The translations under genes were made by a program, and so were the position numbers. The notes under the pieces were generated by a model, which saw only the letters and a list, made by a program, of their open reading frames with translations, was not told the DNA's origin and did no database searches. This document shows positions 1 through 15,867 of a stretch of DNA of 64,000 nucleotides, in pieces; within the stretch, counting starts at the first letter, position 1, and the number at the start of each line of letters is the position of its first letter. The stretch comes from Octopus vulgaris. Lineage: Eukaryota. The stretch lies in assembly GCA_951406725.2 (NCBI GenBank), contig OX597818.1, positions 113,708,001-113,772,000 of the forward strand, given 5' to 3'.

Positions 1-1749
1 AATCGAACTCACAACCTTACGATCTTGAATCGAGTGCCCTAACCGTTTCATAAGCAAAAGACGAGAGAAGTTGTATCAACCGAACAGCTTGATATCGTTC
101 CTGTCATATTTGAAACCTTGGTATTAACCGAATAATAAACGAAATGTATTTTCTATGGCCAATCCAAAACCGATTAGACGAGGACTGACGGAGCAAGCAA
201 TGTATATCATAGAACAAACAACATCTACGAAGAAGAGGTCGTTAAGAGCTGAACAGTATGGCTGGGTGTTGACGAAATGCAATATTGCATTAGACACATA
301 GTGTAACACCGGAAGGAAAAGAGAGAGAGAGCGAGGTGGGGAGAGAGGGAGAAAAGCAATAAAGCAACAATTCGGTTCCAATTTGTTGTTAAAGTTTAAC
401 ATCTGTTTGACATCTGCAATGAAAAACTTTTGACATCTCATAAATCCTCCCCTAAATTAGATTCGAGAGAACAAAATGAAGTGACCCTGAAACCAGTATG
501 AAATAACAACCAGTAATTTACTGCGAGGCTGTCTCCTTACAACAAATACATTACATTACAATTTACATCAGAACTGGTGTAGATTTTGCCCTTTGCGCAT
601 GATATAACACTGAAACTTGATAAAACAAATAAATACTGTTTGTTCAACAAGATAGGCCACAATTTGTGAGGATATGTATGTGTGTGATTCTTATCACTTC
701 TAAATTCACTTGCTTATATCAACACATTACTGATACACATATAATTGACTCCAGAAGTCTGAATGTCTAAATCAATGGCTCTGAACCGGGATCCACATGA
801 CACTTGGGGGTCCATATAAGATTCTGTTGTCAAAATTTATGTGTAAGAAATTGGCTATCCTTCTAGATTACACAATAGTTTAACAATTTTTTAATAAATT
901 TCTAACGATATTTAATTATAAAAATATAGGATTTTTAAAAACATTGAATGGCTACGGGGATCCATCTAGGTGAAATAGGAATCAAAGGAGTCAATAGGTG
1001 AAAAATGGTTGAATCTGTGAAATTTTAAGTCCCAGACTCTACCTCTCAAACAAATGCTTTTATCACCGAGTCCAATCTATCAATTGCATTGTCACATTCT
1101 TAAGACTCACTCACCTTCTTGGAGACTGAATTCTTTCCCCCGTTACGCTCCACGCTGTTACTCATCCGTTGTGTATCAAAATGAAAGTAAAGATTAGAAA
1201 ACGAGGTTTTTAAACAAAATGAACGTTATGAGTGAGAGTTAATACATATATAGAGAGAAGGAGTGTCAAAGAGTATGGTAAATATATATAGAGAGATAGA
1301 ATGATGGTGCTAGATAGAGAGTGGGAGAATTGTCGATCTAAAAGTCGAGTTATTTCTCATAGAAAATTAAATCTTTTTAATATCATTCACGAACGACATT
1401 GTCTGTGAGACTCAGATTTCGAAAATCGAATTGTTTTATTTCGTTCTGGCATGAAGTTAGAGTCTTTGTATGTTTATGAATGTCTAATATGTGTCTTCCA
1501 TGCTGAAATCATTTTAGTTTCAGCACACGATCATAGATCAGTTCATTTGCCTGACAAATACAACCCAGAAATGTATATTGTTGTTCCCAAACCAACTTTG
1601 AACGAACAGACTTATAAATAAAGACCATCCAGTTTTTTTTTTGTTTTTTACCTCGGTTATTGTGTACTCCAGATAACACTCTTCAGTGTCTGACTAATTC
1701 CAAGACGGTAACGGTGCAAATGAAGGAAACTGGACTTCTATTTCTAGTA

Positions 1750-2082
1750 TAAGCGGGAAGTGTAACCTCTCGAAAGAGCTGTTCTTCACTCCTGCTCCGG
1801 AGCGTCGGCTGCGGGGTCATTCCGAAAAGCTCTACCTGCGACGATTTCATCTCAATCGAAGGAGAAGAGCTTTCTCCGTCCGGGTTGCGGATCCGTGGAA
1901 CAAGCTGCCAGACGAGATGGTGAAGATGCCGACGACCGCTTTGTTCAAAGCCTCCCTGGACCTCAAGTGGCCTGAACTCTTTACATGAACACCACCCTGT
2001 ACTTAACTCCATGTCCCCCTACATGGCCTTGCTATTTGCTTTTGAGCCAAATTAACTAACTAACTAACTAACTAACTAACTA
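1750..2082 (+). mobile_element. 5'-truncated CR1-like LINE 3' end with (CTAA)n tail
   Basis: Reads SKELFFTPAPERRLRGHSEKLYLRRFHLNRRRRAFSVRVADPWNKLPDEMV...FKASLD, a typical CR1 ORF2 C-terminus, followed by a short UTR and (taac)n. Possible TSD ctagta. Confidence 0.8.
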
Positions 2083-2431
2083 GTAGTTGGGATGACCACA
2101 TAGAGACAGAGACACCTTCGTTGACTATTAATTACATATATATCGTGTGTGTGTGTATGTGGGTATGTATGTGTGTTGCTTGCGTGTATGGGTGTGTGTG
2201 CGTGTGTGTGTGTGTGTGTGTGTGCGTGTGTGCGTGTGCGTGTGTGCGTGTATGAGTGTGTGTGTATGCGCGCGCGCGCGTGTGTGTGTGTGCTGTAATA
2301 TTTGAAGTGAAGACAGTGAAACCAGAAAACAAAATTAAATTTTCAGTGACTTTCAACGGTTGAATTTGAGGAATTCAGAAATTTTGTATCCCCAAGCTAT
2401 TTTAAGTGGCACCATATCGCCCTCGCCCTTT

Positions 2432-2493
<62 letters not shown>

Positions 2494-2634
2494 TGTATGT
2501 ATGTATGTATGTATGTATGTATACATGTATATATATGTAATGCAGAGTATATATATCTATATACTTACATCCGCGTTGAATATCAATATCAAATTTCCAA
2601 GCGTGATAAACATTCTTATGTGTGTGTGTGTAAA

Positions 2635-2806
<172 letters not shown>

Positions 2807-3599
2807 TAGATGTGTGTATGTGAGTATTTATTGATATGATTGTTGTTTAGCCCCAGTTCTCTCCTGATCCACCTTCTAAGCAAGGTATTTTCAAGCGTCT
2901 GGATTTGGCAATTAAATACTCTTCAAACCCGATTCACCAACCATGTAAGAGACTCCTTCCTAGAGACTCCAGGGATGAATGGGATTGCTTTTCAGTCGTC
3001 GTTGCCGTCGACGACGACGTCGTTGCTTTTATTGTTGTTGTTGTTGTTGCTGTGGTTGTAGTAGTGGTGGAAATGATGAAGATGATGATGATGATGATGA
3101 TGATGGTGTTTGTTTTTTGTTGTGCTGATGGTTGCAGAGCGAGTGGTGACGATGTAGAAGTCAAGAGGGTGATAGGGAAGTGTGTCACCAGTCTTGATAC
3201 ACCCCACTCACTTTACTATAATCACACGCTTATCATTTACGACTCTTTAATTGCTATGAAGTTACAGAATTTCGAGCTTTTGGTAGTGATTACACGATGA
3301 AATATTGCTACGAGAAGAAAGACACACTTTGTGGCTGCAGTTTCAGACACAAACTTTATGGCGCTACTTTAAAAACAGGAAAGCATTTTAGAGGTGCTAC
3401 TTTAAAAACAAACTTTAGGAGTTTAAAGGCACAAACTTAGGGAATTCTGTTATAAATATAGACAAAATGTAGGTGTGCTGTTTTGAGGGAGTACTTTGCG
3501 CCTTTCATTTTTTGAGGGTCGATGACAAATGTACCCGTCGATGTAATTAATTCCCCATTAATTTCAAATTTTGAGCCTATAGCAGGAAGAATTATTATG

Positions 3600-4255
3600 A
3601 AGCTATGTGAAAAGCCGAAACAGCTGCTGAAATTCGGGAGGCGATGAGTGATTGCACAAGTCCTAAATCGCCAGGTTTAGATGGTCTACCCTATGAATTC
3701 TATGCATTCAAGCCAGATTTATTTGGCGACTACCGCAACTGGGATCAGAACGGGAGAATTCCTAATGCTGTGAGCCGGGATGTGCTGACACTGCCGAGGA
3801 AGGACGCCGAAAAATGGGAGTGTACAAGGGAATTTTCGACCCATAACTCTGCTGAACACGGGCTTTAAGATTTTGGCAAGGTGTTAGCGAAAAGCTTGGT
3901 AGTTGTCGTCGGTAGCCTGGTCGGGGAAGCGCAAACGTGCGCAATCCCGAACAGGTCTATCCATAACAACCTCTACCTTATGCAATACATCATAGAGAGG
4001 GCTGCGACCAAAGCTGGCTTCGAGGGCGCTTTGACTAATTTGGATCAATCCAAAGCATTCGATAGGGTCGACCATCACTACTAGGAAGCCGTCCTGAAAA
4101 CAGACAGTTTTGGGCCATTTTCAGAAGCTGGATCGCTGCTATGCACAGCGGCACCTGCTCAGTGGTCAAAGTAAACGACCACCTATCGGAACCGTTTAGC
4201 ATCGCACGCTCTGTCCGTCAGAACTGCCCGCTGTCGCCTATTCTGTACGTATTGG
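3600..4255 (+). mobile_element. Tx1/L1-clade LINE reverse transcriptase fragment
   Basis: KSPGLDGLPYEFY, NFRPITLLN, QTCAIPNRSIHNN, LDQSKAFDRVDH and SVRQNCPLSP motifs, with frameshifts and stops. Confidence 0.88.
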
Positions 4256-4320
4256 ACGGGCTTCTTTCAGATTCCTTTTACCAAATCAACTCACTGTGTG
4301 TGTGTATGTGTGTGTGTGCG

Positions 4321-4517
4321 TGTGACCGCGTGTGTATCGTTGGCGATTCTCTTTCTCCGTCTTCCCTTCTTTGAACTTTTCTATATCTCTGATGAAGAGC
4401 TCCGCTCGAAACGTGAAATACTCTTTCTTTCCTTTCTTTTCCTGAGCGTCCAATAATACGGTACCTGTTCCACGTCCTCGCGTTGTTGTTTTTTCTTGCT
4501 TGTTCTTATTTGGATTG

Positions 4518-4520
<3 letters not shown>
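4321..4520 (+). mobile_element. About 200-bp hammerhead-containing dispersed element (copy)
   Basis: CTGATGA-a-gagctccgctc-GAAACGTG at about 4389-4415; same start (tgtgacc) and (TA)n end as the other copies. Confidence 0.72.
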
Positions 4521-4559
<39 letters not shown>

Positions 4560-5869
4560 TATATATATATATTTGCATGTATGTATGTATATTTATATAT
4601 GTATATATACAGACACACACGCACACAGACACACACTCACATGCACACACAGAGAGCCTCGCGCATATGTACAATCAAGCACACAGTCACACTCATGGAC
4701 AAACAAACCTGGTTACTTATACCAATACTTTTGTTATTATTAAATAAAATAAGAAACTAGTCGAATCACACTTAAAAGTTCTATATCCCGCACCTCTTTG
4801 CCTTCCATCGCCATCCCCACTTTATACACCTGTCTTACCCCAAGATTAGCAAACCACTGCAGCAGTGGTAAAGGTCATTAACAATCAATTATACCTGACA
4901 CACCTGAAACATCTGTTTTGTGCTGCTCCTGTTGTTGATTGCTCTTCTTTCTGGCATTAGTTAGGGGTGAGGAAAAGTTGAACAATAAAAATAATATAAA
5001 ATCATAAAAAATACAAATATAGAAAGCTAAGAAAATTCGACGATTGCTGATGTCTTGGGCGGAGTGAAAATTCTGGTTTTGTATTTATTTTAGCGAGAAC
5101 TTGTGCTTGGTTGTGTGTATAAGATTTCTCACCTCTCAGCCTTATTTGAGAAACATGTGTTGGCAAAGGAGCCTCTACTTGGAGGCTCAAGCTACTAGAT
5201 ATAACAGCGAAATTTCTCTCAAATAAAAAGTTATAGTAGCGTGGCTAGTGATGGGGGCGAGGGGAACGGTCCAACCAGGACGATGCTTTTGTGGGGGATG
5301 GGGGTGGAAGCACTTTTGGGTTTACTGTATAATCCCGTAAAACATGAATTGAAACATGAGTTTTTAATGCCACGACACTACACACAGTTTTCGATTTAGA
5401 GTAACTTTCACAAAGGCGCAGGAGTGGGAGTGTGGCTAAGAAGTTTTATTAACAATATTTTTTATATATATTTATATGTAATGGATATGAGAGCCAACGG
5501 TACCTATATCCTAGGGAGAAGATGGGTTTCATCATGACTACCAAGCCCTACCAAACGGATGCCAATATAGTAAATAATGAAAAAAAAAATTTTTTTAATT
5601 AAGCGACAAACTGGCAGAACCGTTACTGCACCGGACAAAATGCTTAGCAGCATTTCTTCTGATTTTACGTTCTGAGTTCAAATACCACCGAGATCTACAA
5701 TGCCTTTCATCTTTCCGGGGTCGATAAATTATGTACCAGTCGAACTCTAGGGTCGATGTAATCGGCTTAACCCTTCCACCGAAATTTGTAGCCATGTGCT
5801 AAAGTTTGAAACCAATACAGTAGAACCTCGGTTTACGAACGCCTCCGATCACGAATAAATCGTGCTTTA

Positions 5870-7081
<1,212 letters not shown>

Positions 7082-8993
7082 ATATATATATATATATATA
7101 AAGCACGATTTATTTGCGATAAGAGTTGTTTGAAAACCGATGTACTATTGTATTAATAGTAAAAATTCAGGTGCCCCGACTTGACTGTAAATGAAACATT
7201 TCATTGTTATAGATGATGGTTGCTTGCGTAGGGTTGTTACAATTGGTTGAATTGTTCCATCAAAATTACTTCACTTCTATCAATAAACACTTCATCCAGC
7301 AATCAGTTAATTGTTATCGTTGTTATCGTTTTCTTTTTTTAATGGCTCACTAAAGAAATAATAGCGTTCATGGACTTTTTTTTTAGGATATCCAAAAAAG
7401 AAAAAAAAATTATGAGAGGCAACCTGAGTCCGAATCTTGAAACTGATTAGGCTCTTGGGTATTGAAACAGGATGACAAATTAAATCCATGATCTAAGAAA
7501 TCCATGTTGCTCCAACGTTCTTCCACATAGTTTTCTTTCAAAAATTTTCGCACAAGGATTTGGCTGTCCTGGGGCAGCAGTACAAGACACTTGCTTTAAG
7601 GTGATGCGCTGTGTGATTGAACCGAAAACTTTATTCCTGAAATGCGACCTTCTTAATCACATAGCTATGAGTGCGTCCACGTGATTTTGTTTGGCTCAGG
7701 TGAGATCTGGCAGAACAGAATCTTTCATCAATGCTCCAGCAGAGGAGCAGAAAGGCAACCTCGTGATACTGTGACGTCCTGGCTGGAAATGTTGATTAGA
7801 TCTACCCTGTTCCGTGGCGATTTCTACACTGTCGACAGACCTTCTAGAAATAGCAGCAGAATATCCCTGAAATCACAATGAGCAAGTAGTGTCCTTGTGA
7901 GGAAGGCTGCGTTTCGATTTAAGAAAAGTTATATTACGACTATATTGATGCACAAACCGAAATCGAACACGTGATCTTGGTATCATTAATATTCCATTGA
8001 GATTTTGATCATATTAATGTACACACACACATGCACACACATGCACGCACACACACATGCATACTGACTCACAGACACTTTCTCACATAAAGCTGCACAC
8101 TCAAATTACACACAGACATGTGCACACTCAAATTACACACAAACATGTGCACACACACACACGCACACGTATAGCTACACAGATACACACATGCTCACAT
8201 GTAGTTACACAGCACGTAGACTCGCACACATAGACTCACACATACACACGACGTAATACGCACACATACACATACATTTCAATATATGTCTACGCAATAT
8301 AGTCTTTCACATTTTCGTCCGCTCTTGTCACATCACAAAGTTCAAACAACACACGGTGGACTTTTCCTCCTCACTTCATCAGGGTGGCTAAAATAATAAG
8401 CGGCATTATATTACAGATACATGATTCAAACGGCTTCAACCAACTTCTCGGCAAAACAGGCCAAATGTCTCTGGTTAAGACATTAATTACAACAGACTAA
8501 AAATACGAATAATAATGAAAACAGCATTAAAAATATCGATTTGTACAAAAATGTTGAAAAGGAGAAACATTTAGACAAAATTGTTCTATACATAAATTAA
8601 TCGGCATCATAAAAATCAAGTCTCAGTCAAAATTGATCAAAATCAGACCTCAGGGCGTTGCGAGTCATTAAAACGCAATTAATTCACCCCAAATAAACAT
8701 CGTTTATACAAAGAGCTATTTCCAGTGAAGTTTACAACAAGAATTTAGTCGACAACAAAAATCAACAATGGAAACTAACATTTCGATCAGTTCATTACAT
8801 TTTTTTATACTAGTTTTTCGTGTTATGTTTTAATTTTTTTAAAAACTTTACCAGAGAAAATTTACAATTGAATGTTCATCTTTTCTTTCTTTCTGTCTTT
8901 CTTTCTGTTGACTCCATCTTAACGTATGACTCATCCAAGCCACTCGTCAATTCGTAGCCAAGCGTTCACTTCACCGCCAACACTGCTATATAC

Positions 8994-9062
<69 letters not shown>

Positions 9063-9344
9063 GTTGTTGTTGTTGTTGTTTTTTGTTGTTGTTTTTGTTG
9101 TTGTTGTTGTTATTATTATTATTATTATTATTATTGAGTGAGAGAGCAGTTCATGCCATCATTATTATTATTATTATTATTAAAGCTGCAAAAACATCAC
9201 AATAATATCACAAAAAATTGCAGGTTTTTGTGATATTTTTGTGATGTTATATATAGCTTTAATGATATATAAAGCCTATTACTCTACCTCTGGTATTCGA
9301 ATACCATTTTTTCCCACCTTGTTTCACATTTATGTGCATACTTT

Positions 9345-9413
<69 letters not shown>

Positions 9414-9563
9414 TGCAGCACGAAGTTTTGTCAGTGAACAGGTCGCAGTTTCAAATAGAACGAAAATATTTTGACACAAATAAAATTTAAATGTTGAAGT
9501 GAAACTAACTGTTTTTGTGTGTTCTTGAATGGCTTACAAACATCTTTCACGCTGCAATTGTGC

Positions 9564-9620
<57 letters not shown>

Positions 9621-10079
9621 CGTATATCTATATGCACAAATGTATGCATATACAGATATATATATATATATGTGTGTCTATATATATACAGGTCGCTCTT
9701 ATGTGTTACTGGTAACATGCAACTCAGTACAATCTGTTGCATGGTCGGGTCGTCGGCGACTAAACCGGCAACCCCAGATGCAAAAGTATGCAATAGAGAT
9801 TGTAGCATTGTGTAAGTTCATGATTTGTGAAGCTTCATATAAAATCACAAAATTCGTCCAATGCTTTGTTCCGTTTGCTGAGCTGTAACATCTTCATTTC
9901 GTACAAAAGATTCGTCATTGTATTTTCTTTGTCAAATACTTCTTCCATTAAAGGTAAATTTTATATAACAGTGAGATATCGTTCTGTATTTCCTTGAAGT
10001 TAGAGTATTGTCGAGCGTATGTGTGTGTGTGTGTATGCGCGTGCTTGTACGTGTGTGTCTGTGTGTATGTGTTTGTGTT

Positions 10080-10115
<36 letters not shown>

Positions 10116-10302
10116 TGTGTGTGTGTGTGTGTGTGTGTGTGAGTATGTGAGTGTGTGTCTTTGCGTTTGTTGTCCCTCACCATCACTTCACAAACACTGT
10201 TAGTTTGTCTGTGTGCCCATAACCTAGCGATTCGGCAAAAGCGACCGATAGAATAAGTTCCATACTTTCAAAAAGTACTAGGATCGACTTTTTCATGTAA
10301 GC

Positions 10303-10479
10303 CAGTGATTCTCAACCATTTAAAAAATTATGGATCTCTTCGATCCCTTTATACTGAGTGGGGTGTGGTCTCATGACCATTCGATGTCTAAAAGTTCTTA
10401 TATTTTTATGATTAGATTAATTGTATAAAATCTCATGTGGACCCCCAAGAGTCATATGCAACCCAGCTGAGAACTACTG
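10303..10479. mobile_element. hAT-type MITE (related inverted copy at about 772-1015)
   Basis: cagtgattctcaacc ... gctgagaactactg TIRs; the interior matches 772-1015 in reverse. Confidence 0.6.
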
Positions 10480-11367
10480 ATTTAAGCCCTCCAAGACGAT
10501 GCTGCAGCATGGCCGAAGTCTGATACAAGTAAAAGATAAAAGAATAAAAGATTACACTGTGTTCGCTAGCTGATTTCAATCTTCATTCATTGCAATTCGC
10601 TCTTAATCGTGATAATTCGATTTCCGTTTTGAATGTGTTTGGCGTGATCTTCTCTTTAAGACAGTCGCTGTTTGCTTCCATGATCTTTACCGAATTCGAG
10701 CGATGAAGTCCATCCTACACATGTTAAGCTTGAACGTCCATAGGTTCAGTCCAGAGAGAAAACTTGTGTATGGACCGAGCAACGAGGAAAACCACTACGC
10801 CAGAAGATAAGGCTCTCTCCTCACCCATGGACGAAATATCACACGCAGGCAAACCTGAAACCGCTTTCTGACAAAGTTTCTTAAAGATCATTTAAAAATG
10901 ACTTCAGCTTCAAGGTCAGAAACAGTAATTTAATATAAATTAATTACCTGTGAATATGTAAAATGAAGACTTCATTATTTTCCTCAGCACAGATGCTTAC
11001 CGTTTTACCGTCTTATATCCATTTGTATTTCACCTATATGTGAAGGCGTGTGGCCTGGTGATTAGATGTGTTGCACTCACGACGTGCTAACGTTTCTGCC
11101 AGCTCGCAGAAATAATCGTAAGGAAGATCAGTGGCAGAAAGCCATCTAAAATTCATTTCTGCGACTGGAGCGATCGTTTGAGGACACTTGCAAGACTGTA
11201 AGATATCATTTGAAGGAGTTTTGAGATTTAGCTACAATTTCTTGCGGATCCAGCGACCACGTAGAGCCTCCACTATCCTCGTTGGTTTGCAAGAAGTGTA
11301 TTCAGTTGGTGAAAACGCTCTTGAATCTTCCTCTGTTGCTATTTAGTGGGTATAAAGGAAGAGCTCC

Positions 11368-11425
<58 letters not shown>

Positions 11426-11794
11426 GAAGAAAGAAAGAGCTCCTGGAGAGAGAGAGAGAGAGACGGACGTCGATTTCATTTAAATCATTTCTGACGTGGC
11501 AACAAAAACAGCTGTAAAAATCTTTATGACACTTCACTCTCTTGCTTGATCAGACACAGCAGACGGCAGCTTGGTATAAAATACTAGGCTGGGCGCCACC
11601 TTCAGCCCCGGCTTAGCAATTCCCGTTGATTCTGCCGCAATGATGTATGTACACAAATACATACCCAAAGACACACACACACCAATAAGCAAAAACAAAA
11701 TAAACAAAAAAATGCACGCACACACAATATTCATATATTTAAAAAAATGAAGGTATATTTGTAAAAGCATATATATATATATATAAAGTTAATC

Positions 11795-11873
<79 letters not shown>

Positions 11874-12109
11874 GTATGTATATTATATATATGCATATAT
11901 ACATACACACACTATATACACACAGTTTATACATCATATACATATATAAATACATGTACATATATGTGTGTGTGTATGCAGATGCATATATTGATATACA
12001 CACACTCACATATATGTATAAAGACATACACGAATGCGTGCCTACGAGTGCGTGCATGCGTGTGTATATAATTATCATTATCGTTATTATTATTATTATT
12101 ATTATTATT

Positions 12110-12153
<44 letters not shown>

Positions 12154-12608
12154 TATCATTATTATTGTTATTGTTGTTACTCTCAGTTGAATGAGTTTTG
12201 GAATTTTCTCTCGGTTGTTCTAATACACTTTTACGGTGTTTCCTACCAAAACGCTTCAGCCATGTAATACGGCTAACACTGATGTGATAATTTTGACCAC
12301 CCCTAAAGTACATGAATGTCTAGACAGAAATACTCACGGCAGAAAGTTTGATTTGATTATGTCAGCTAGGAAGTCGGCTTCTACCCTGCAACTACCTTCA
12401 ATGTTGATCTTACTTCGTTTAATGTGTTCTATTTTTAGGGAAAAGAAATGCCTTCTTATGACACAAAATGCACTTGAAACATTTTCTTTGGTACCAACGA
12501 AAGAGCCTCTACTAGATCGCATGTGTTGCTAGATATAGCAGCAAGATACACTCCTATTTACCCTACGACGGACTGGCGTCCCGTTTATCTTTTCTATTTT
12601 TAGCTTGG

Positions 12609-12830
12609 AAGGCGGCGAGCTGGCAGAAACGTTAGCACGCCGGGCGAAATGCGTATGCTCTGAGTTCAAATTCCGCCGCGGTCGACTTTGCCTTTTATCC
12701 TTTCGGGGTCGATAAATTAAGTATCAGTTACACACTGGGGTCGATGTAATCGACTTAATCCGTTTGTCTGTCCTTGTTTGTCCCGTTTGTCCCCTCTGTG
12801 TTTAGCCCCTTGTGGGTAGTAAAGAAATAT
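12609..12830 (+). mobile_element. SINE family C with a Nin-like central domain; more than 10 copies (e.g. 5600-5815, 19120-19540, 26780-27005, 30120-30325, 35280-35495, 38070-38700)
   Basis: gagttcaaattccgccgaggtcgactttgcctttcatcctttcggggtcgataaa...agtaccag recurs on both strands. Confidence 0.82.
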
Positions 12831-13695
12831 ATTTTTAGCTTGTTTCAGTCATTTGCCTGCGCCCATGCTGGGAAACACGCATTAAGAAATTTTTTGTCGA
12901 ATGAATCAACCCCAGTATTTATTATTATTTTAAAACCTGGTACTTATTCTATCGATCACTTTTACCGAATCGCTACGTTAAGAAGAGTTAAACCCACCAA
13001 TACCGGTTGTCAGACATGGTGGGGGACAAACACACGCAGACAGACACACACATATAATGCATACATATACGTATATAGGTATATATCATGCACACACACA
13101 CACACACACATATATTTATTATTGTGTCTGAGGAGAGTCGTTCTCTTTTAGTGCCTTATTTAACACACGCACCGGTTCGATTTCCACTCATTTAGTCATT
13201 TATTTTTTTAAAATTCTAACATAACAAACTAACAGACGCACGCACATAGTCACACAAACCCATACACGTAGATACATTCAAACATGCGCGCATAAGACAA
13301 AGCTACAGACACAAATACATACACACACATAGAAACATACACACACACACACACTCACGCACAAACACACAAACATGAACCCACTAATACATGAATAAGC
13401 AGAATACATACATGCATACAAACGTACACACACGCATACATATATGTATGCACAAACACACACACACATATGCTTACACACACATACATACATATTTGTA
13501 TACATGCATGCATACATACATACAAATATACATATGCACATGCACACTGACGTACACACACGCGCACAAACAAACAAACAAAAAGAACGCAGCTCTGATA
13601 GCGGACAGCGTCAACGACTATTGAAAAGGTTGCAAGATGCAACGAAAATTTTAGAAAAATAAGACCCCGATATTAGATAACGAGAGGATTATTTA

Positions 13696-13938
13696 TACAT
13701 ATTATAATTTAGAACAAACGGTAAAAGGTTGTCGTTATAGTACTCGGAGTTTCCAAAGTCGGAACGAAGAGCCACGAAATTCTCATTGGCTATTAGAGTA
13801 ACTTCCCTTTTATTCAACGGTTTTTCATAGCGTCTGTTGCCATTAATAGCCGACGAGAATGTTTCGCAGCTTTTCGCTCCGACATTCGAAACTCCGAGTA
13901 CTATAATGACAATCTTTTACTGTTTGATCTAAGTTATA

Positions 13939-13945
<7 letters not shown>
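13696..13945. mobile_element. Head-to-head inverted pair of hammerhead-bearing pLTR-like units
   Basis: 13696-13795 is a diverged reverse complement of 13844-13945; the right unit runs into (TA)n. Confidence 0.65.
13841..13908 (+). ncRNA. Type I hammerhead ribozyme motif
   Basis: Stem I catt-a-atag/ctat-aatg; core CCGACGA at 13850-13856; stem II gaatgt/acattc; GAAA at 13888-13891; stem III ACTC-C-GAGT; GUA ending at 13900. Confidence 0.78.
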
Positions 13946-13979
<34 letters not shown>

Positions 13980-14439
13980 AGTATTTGTATATATATATAT
14001 ATATATGTATATACATACATATAAAAGTGACATTTTGATCCTCTTGGAATGACCAGCTGGGTTTGCCATTTCTAAAAGCCAAGAATCATTTACTATTGAA
14101 AGACTGACCAGCTGCAGAGATATCAACAAATTTTTTCTTCTTTCTCTCCTTCTTCTTCCTTTCCTTCTCTTTTTCTTTAACACCTATTTCAGATACAAAA
14201 ACACGCGCGCGCGCGCGCGCTCTCTTATTTTATCCCCTTTCCTCACCCTCTTTTACCATCTTATATCTCTCTCCACCTCTACACACTCAATAATACTATA
14301 AAAAGAGACAAAATTCCTGCAAAAGTTCAATTTGACAACTCCACTAGTGTGGACGAAAGCGCTGATTTATAAAAACATGTAACATACTAATAAATATCTG
14401 TAAATATAAAACCATCCGGATTTCTGAGTACCTCATTTC

Positions 14440-14487
<48 letters not shown>

Positions 14488-15284
14488 TAAGAATACATAC
14501 ATAAAGCAAAACACAAATCTGCACTCATGCGTACATACATAAAATATATACATACCGGTTGTCAGACATGGTGTCAGACACACACGCACACAAACGCACA
14601 CACAACCCACGTTACGTTAGAGACTTTAAGGAAAACAGTACTCAACAACGGAGATCAGAGTGTCTATATTTCTTTATTATTTAAAATACTGTTAACACTT
14701 TCTTGCTATTAGAGCAAATCTATCACCAGTTCCCTGTCGTATGGAGGAACTGGCAAATAACCAGAATACACTATGGCTGACCGATCATTCGACGAGATTT
14801 TTAATTTTCTTTCTTTAATCGTAGCCAAGTCTAATAATTCATTAACAGTTGAGAAGAGGTAATAATGGATAGGCTACAGTGGATCATTTCTCCTTAACTG
14901 GAACAACCGCTTGGATAGCAACAGAAGAGAATTAGCGGCTAAGATTTACATTATAACGTTAACATGAAACTAAATGATGGCCGCATTTGTGTCTACAATA
15001 AAAGTCTGTCATAAAATATCAAGTGTCTTTGTTTTTGTTTTTTTAACTTTCTTTTATCGTTTACTTGTCTCAGTCATTAAACTGCGGCCATACTGGGGGC
15101 ACTGCCTTGAAAAATTTTAGTCGAACGAGTCGACCCTAGTACTTACTTTTTTAAAGTCTGGTAAATATTCTGTTGGTCTATTATACTGAACCGCTACGTT
15201 GCGGGGAGGTAAACACACCAACACCGGTTGATACGCAGTGCTGTGGGACAAACACACACACAGTCTCACACACCCACATATACA

Positions 15285-15374
<90 letters not shown>

Positions 15375-15764
15375 CAGGTAGATAGGTAGATAGGTAGATA
15401 GATAGATAGATAGATAGACAGACAGATAGATAGATAGGTAGATAGGTAGATAAACATACATACATGACAGGCTTTTTGTTTCCTTCTGCCAAATCCACTC
15501 AGAAGAATTTGATTGTTCCATGACGATAGTAGAAAACACTTACCCAAGGTGTCGCACAGTAAGTCTGAACCCGGAACCACTTGGTTGAGAGTTAACATTT
15601 TTTTCGCCATGACAAAATAGAGTGTATGACTTTCTTAAGGTTCCAGTGTGCCTCAGGAGTGGGAGGAGAATATTTTTATTGTTTTCTGATTAACTCTGGT
15701 TTTTGATTCATAGCAATTAAAAACAGCCTTAATCAGAAAAAATGGACGCTTTAAAATGCAGACG

Positions 15765-15821
<57 letters not shown>

Positions 15822-15867
15822 TCACATACATATACACTTTTCTTATTTGTTGGTTTAGAAGGCTACC

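Noticed and set aside
8370-8385. CTGATGA on the minus strand (also ctgagga at 13128) as a hammerhead core
   Set aside because: No stem II followed by GAAA and UH can be formed.
9692-9990. Cys-containing plus-strand frame and a short minus-strand ORF (MEEVFDKENT...) as possible exons or Pinhead
   Set aside because: No recognisable domain and no consistent splice-phase chain with neighbouring segments.
11560-11610. TATAAAA plus GGCGCC as a promoter or BMP-responsive element
   Set aside because: It lacks a GTCT at the 5-bp spacing and has no supported downstream gene; short motifs like this are expected by chance.
12334-12530. Minus-strand ORF ending at a GTGAGT donor-like site
   Set aside because: Its 5' part is a copy of an old dispersed repeat (gctgctatttctagc...gtagaggct), and it has no protein similarity I can recognise.
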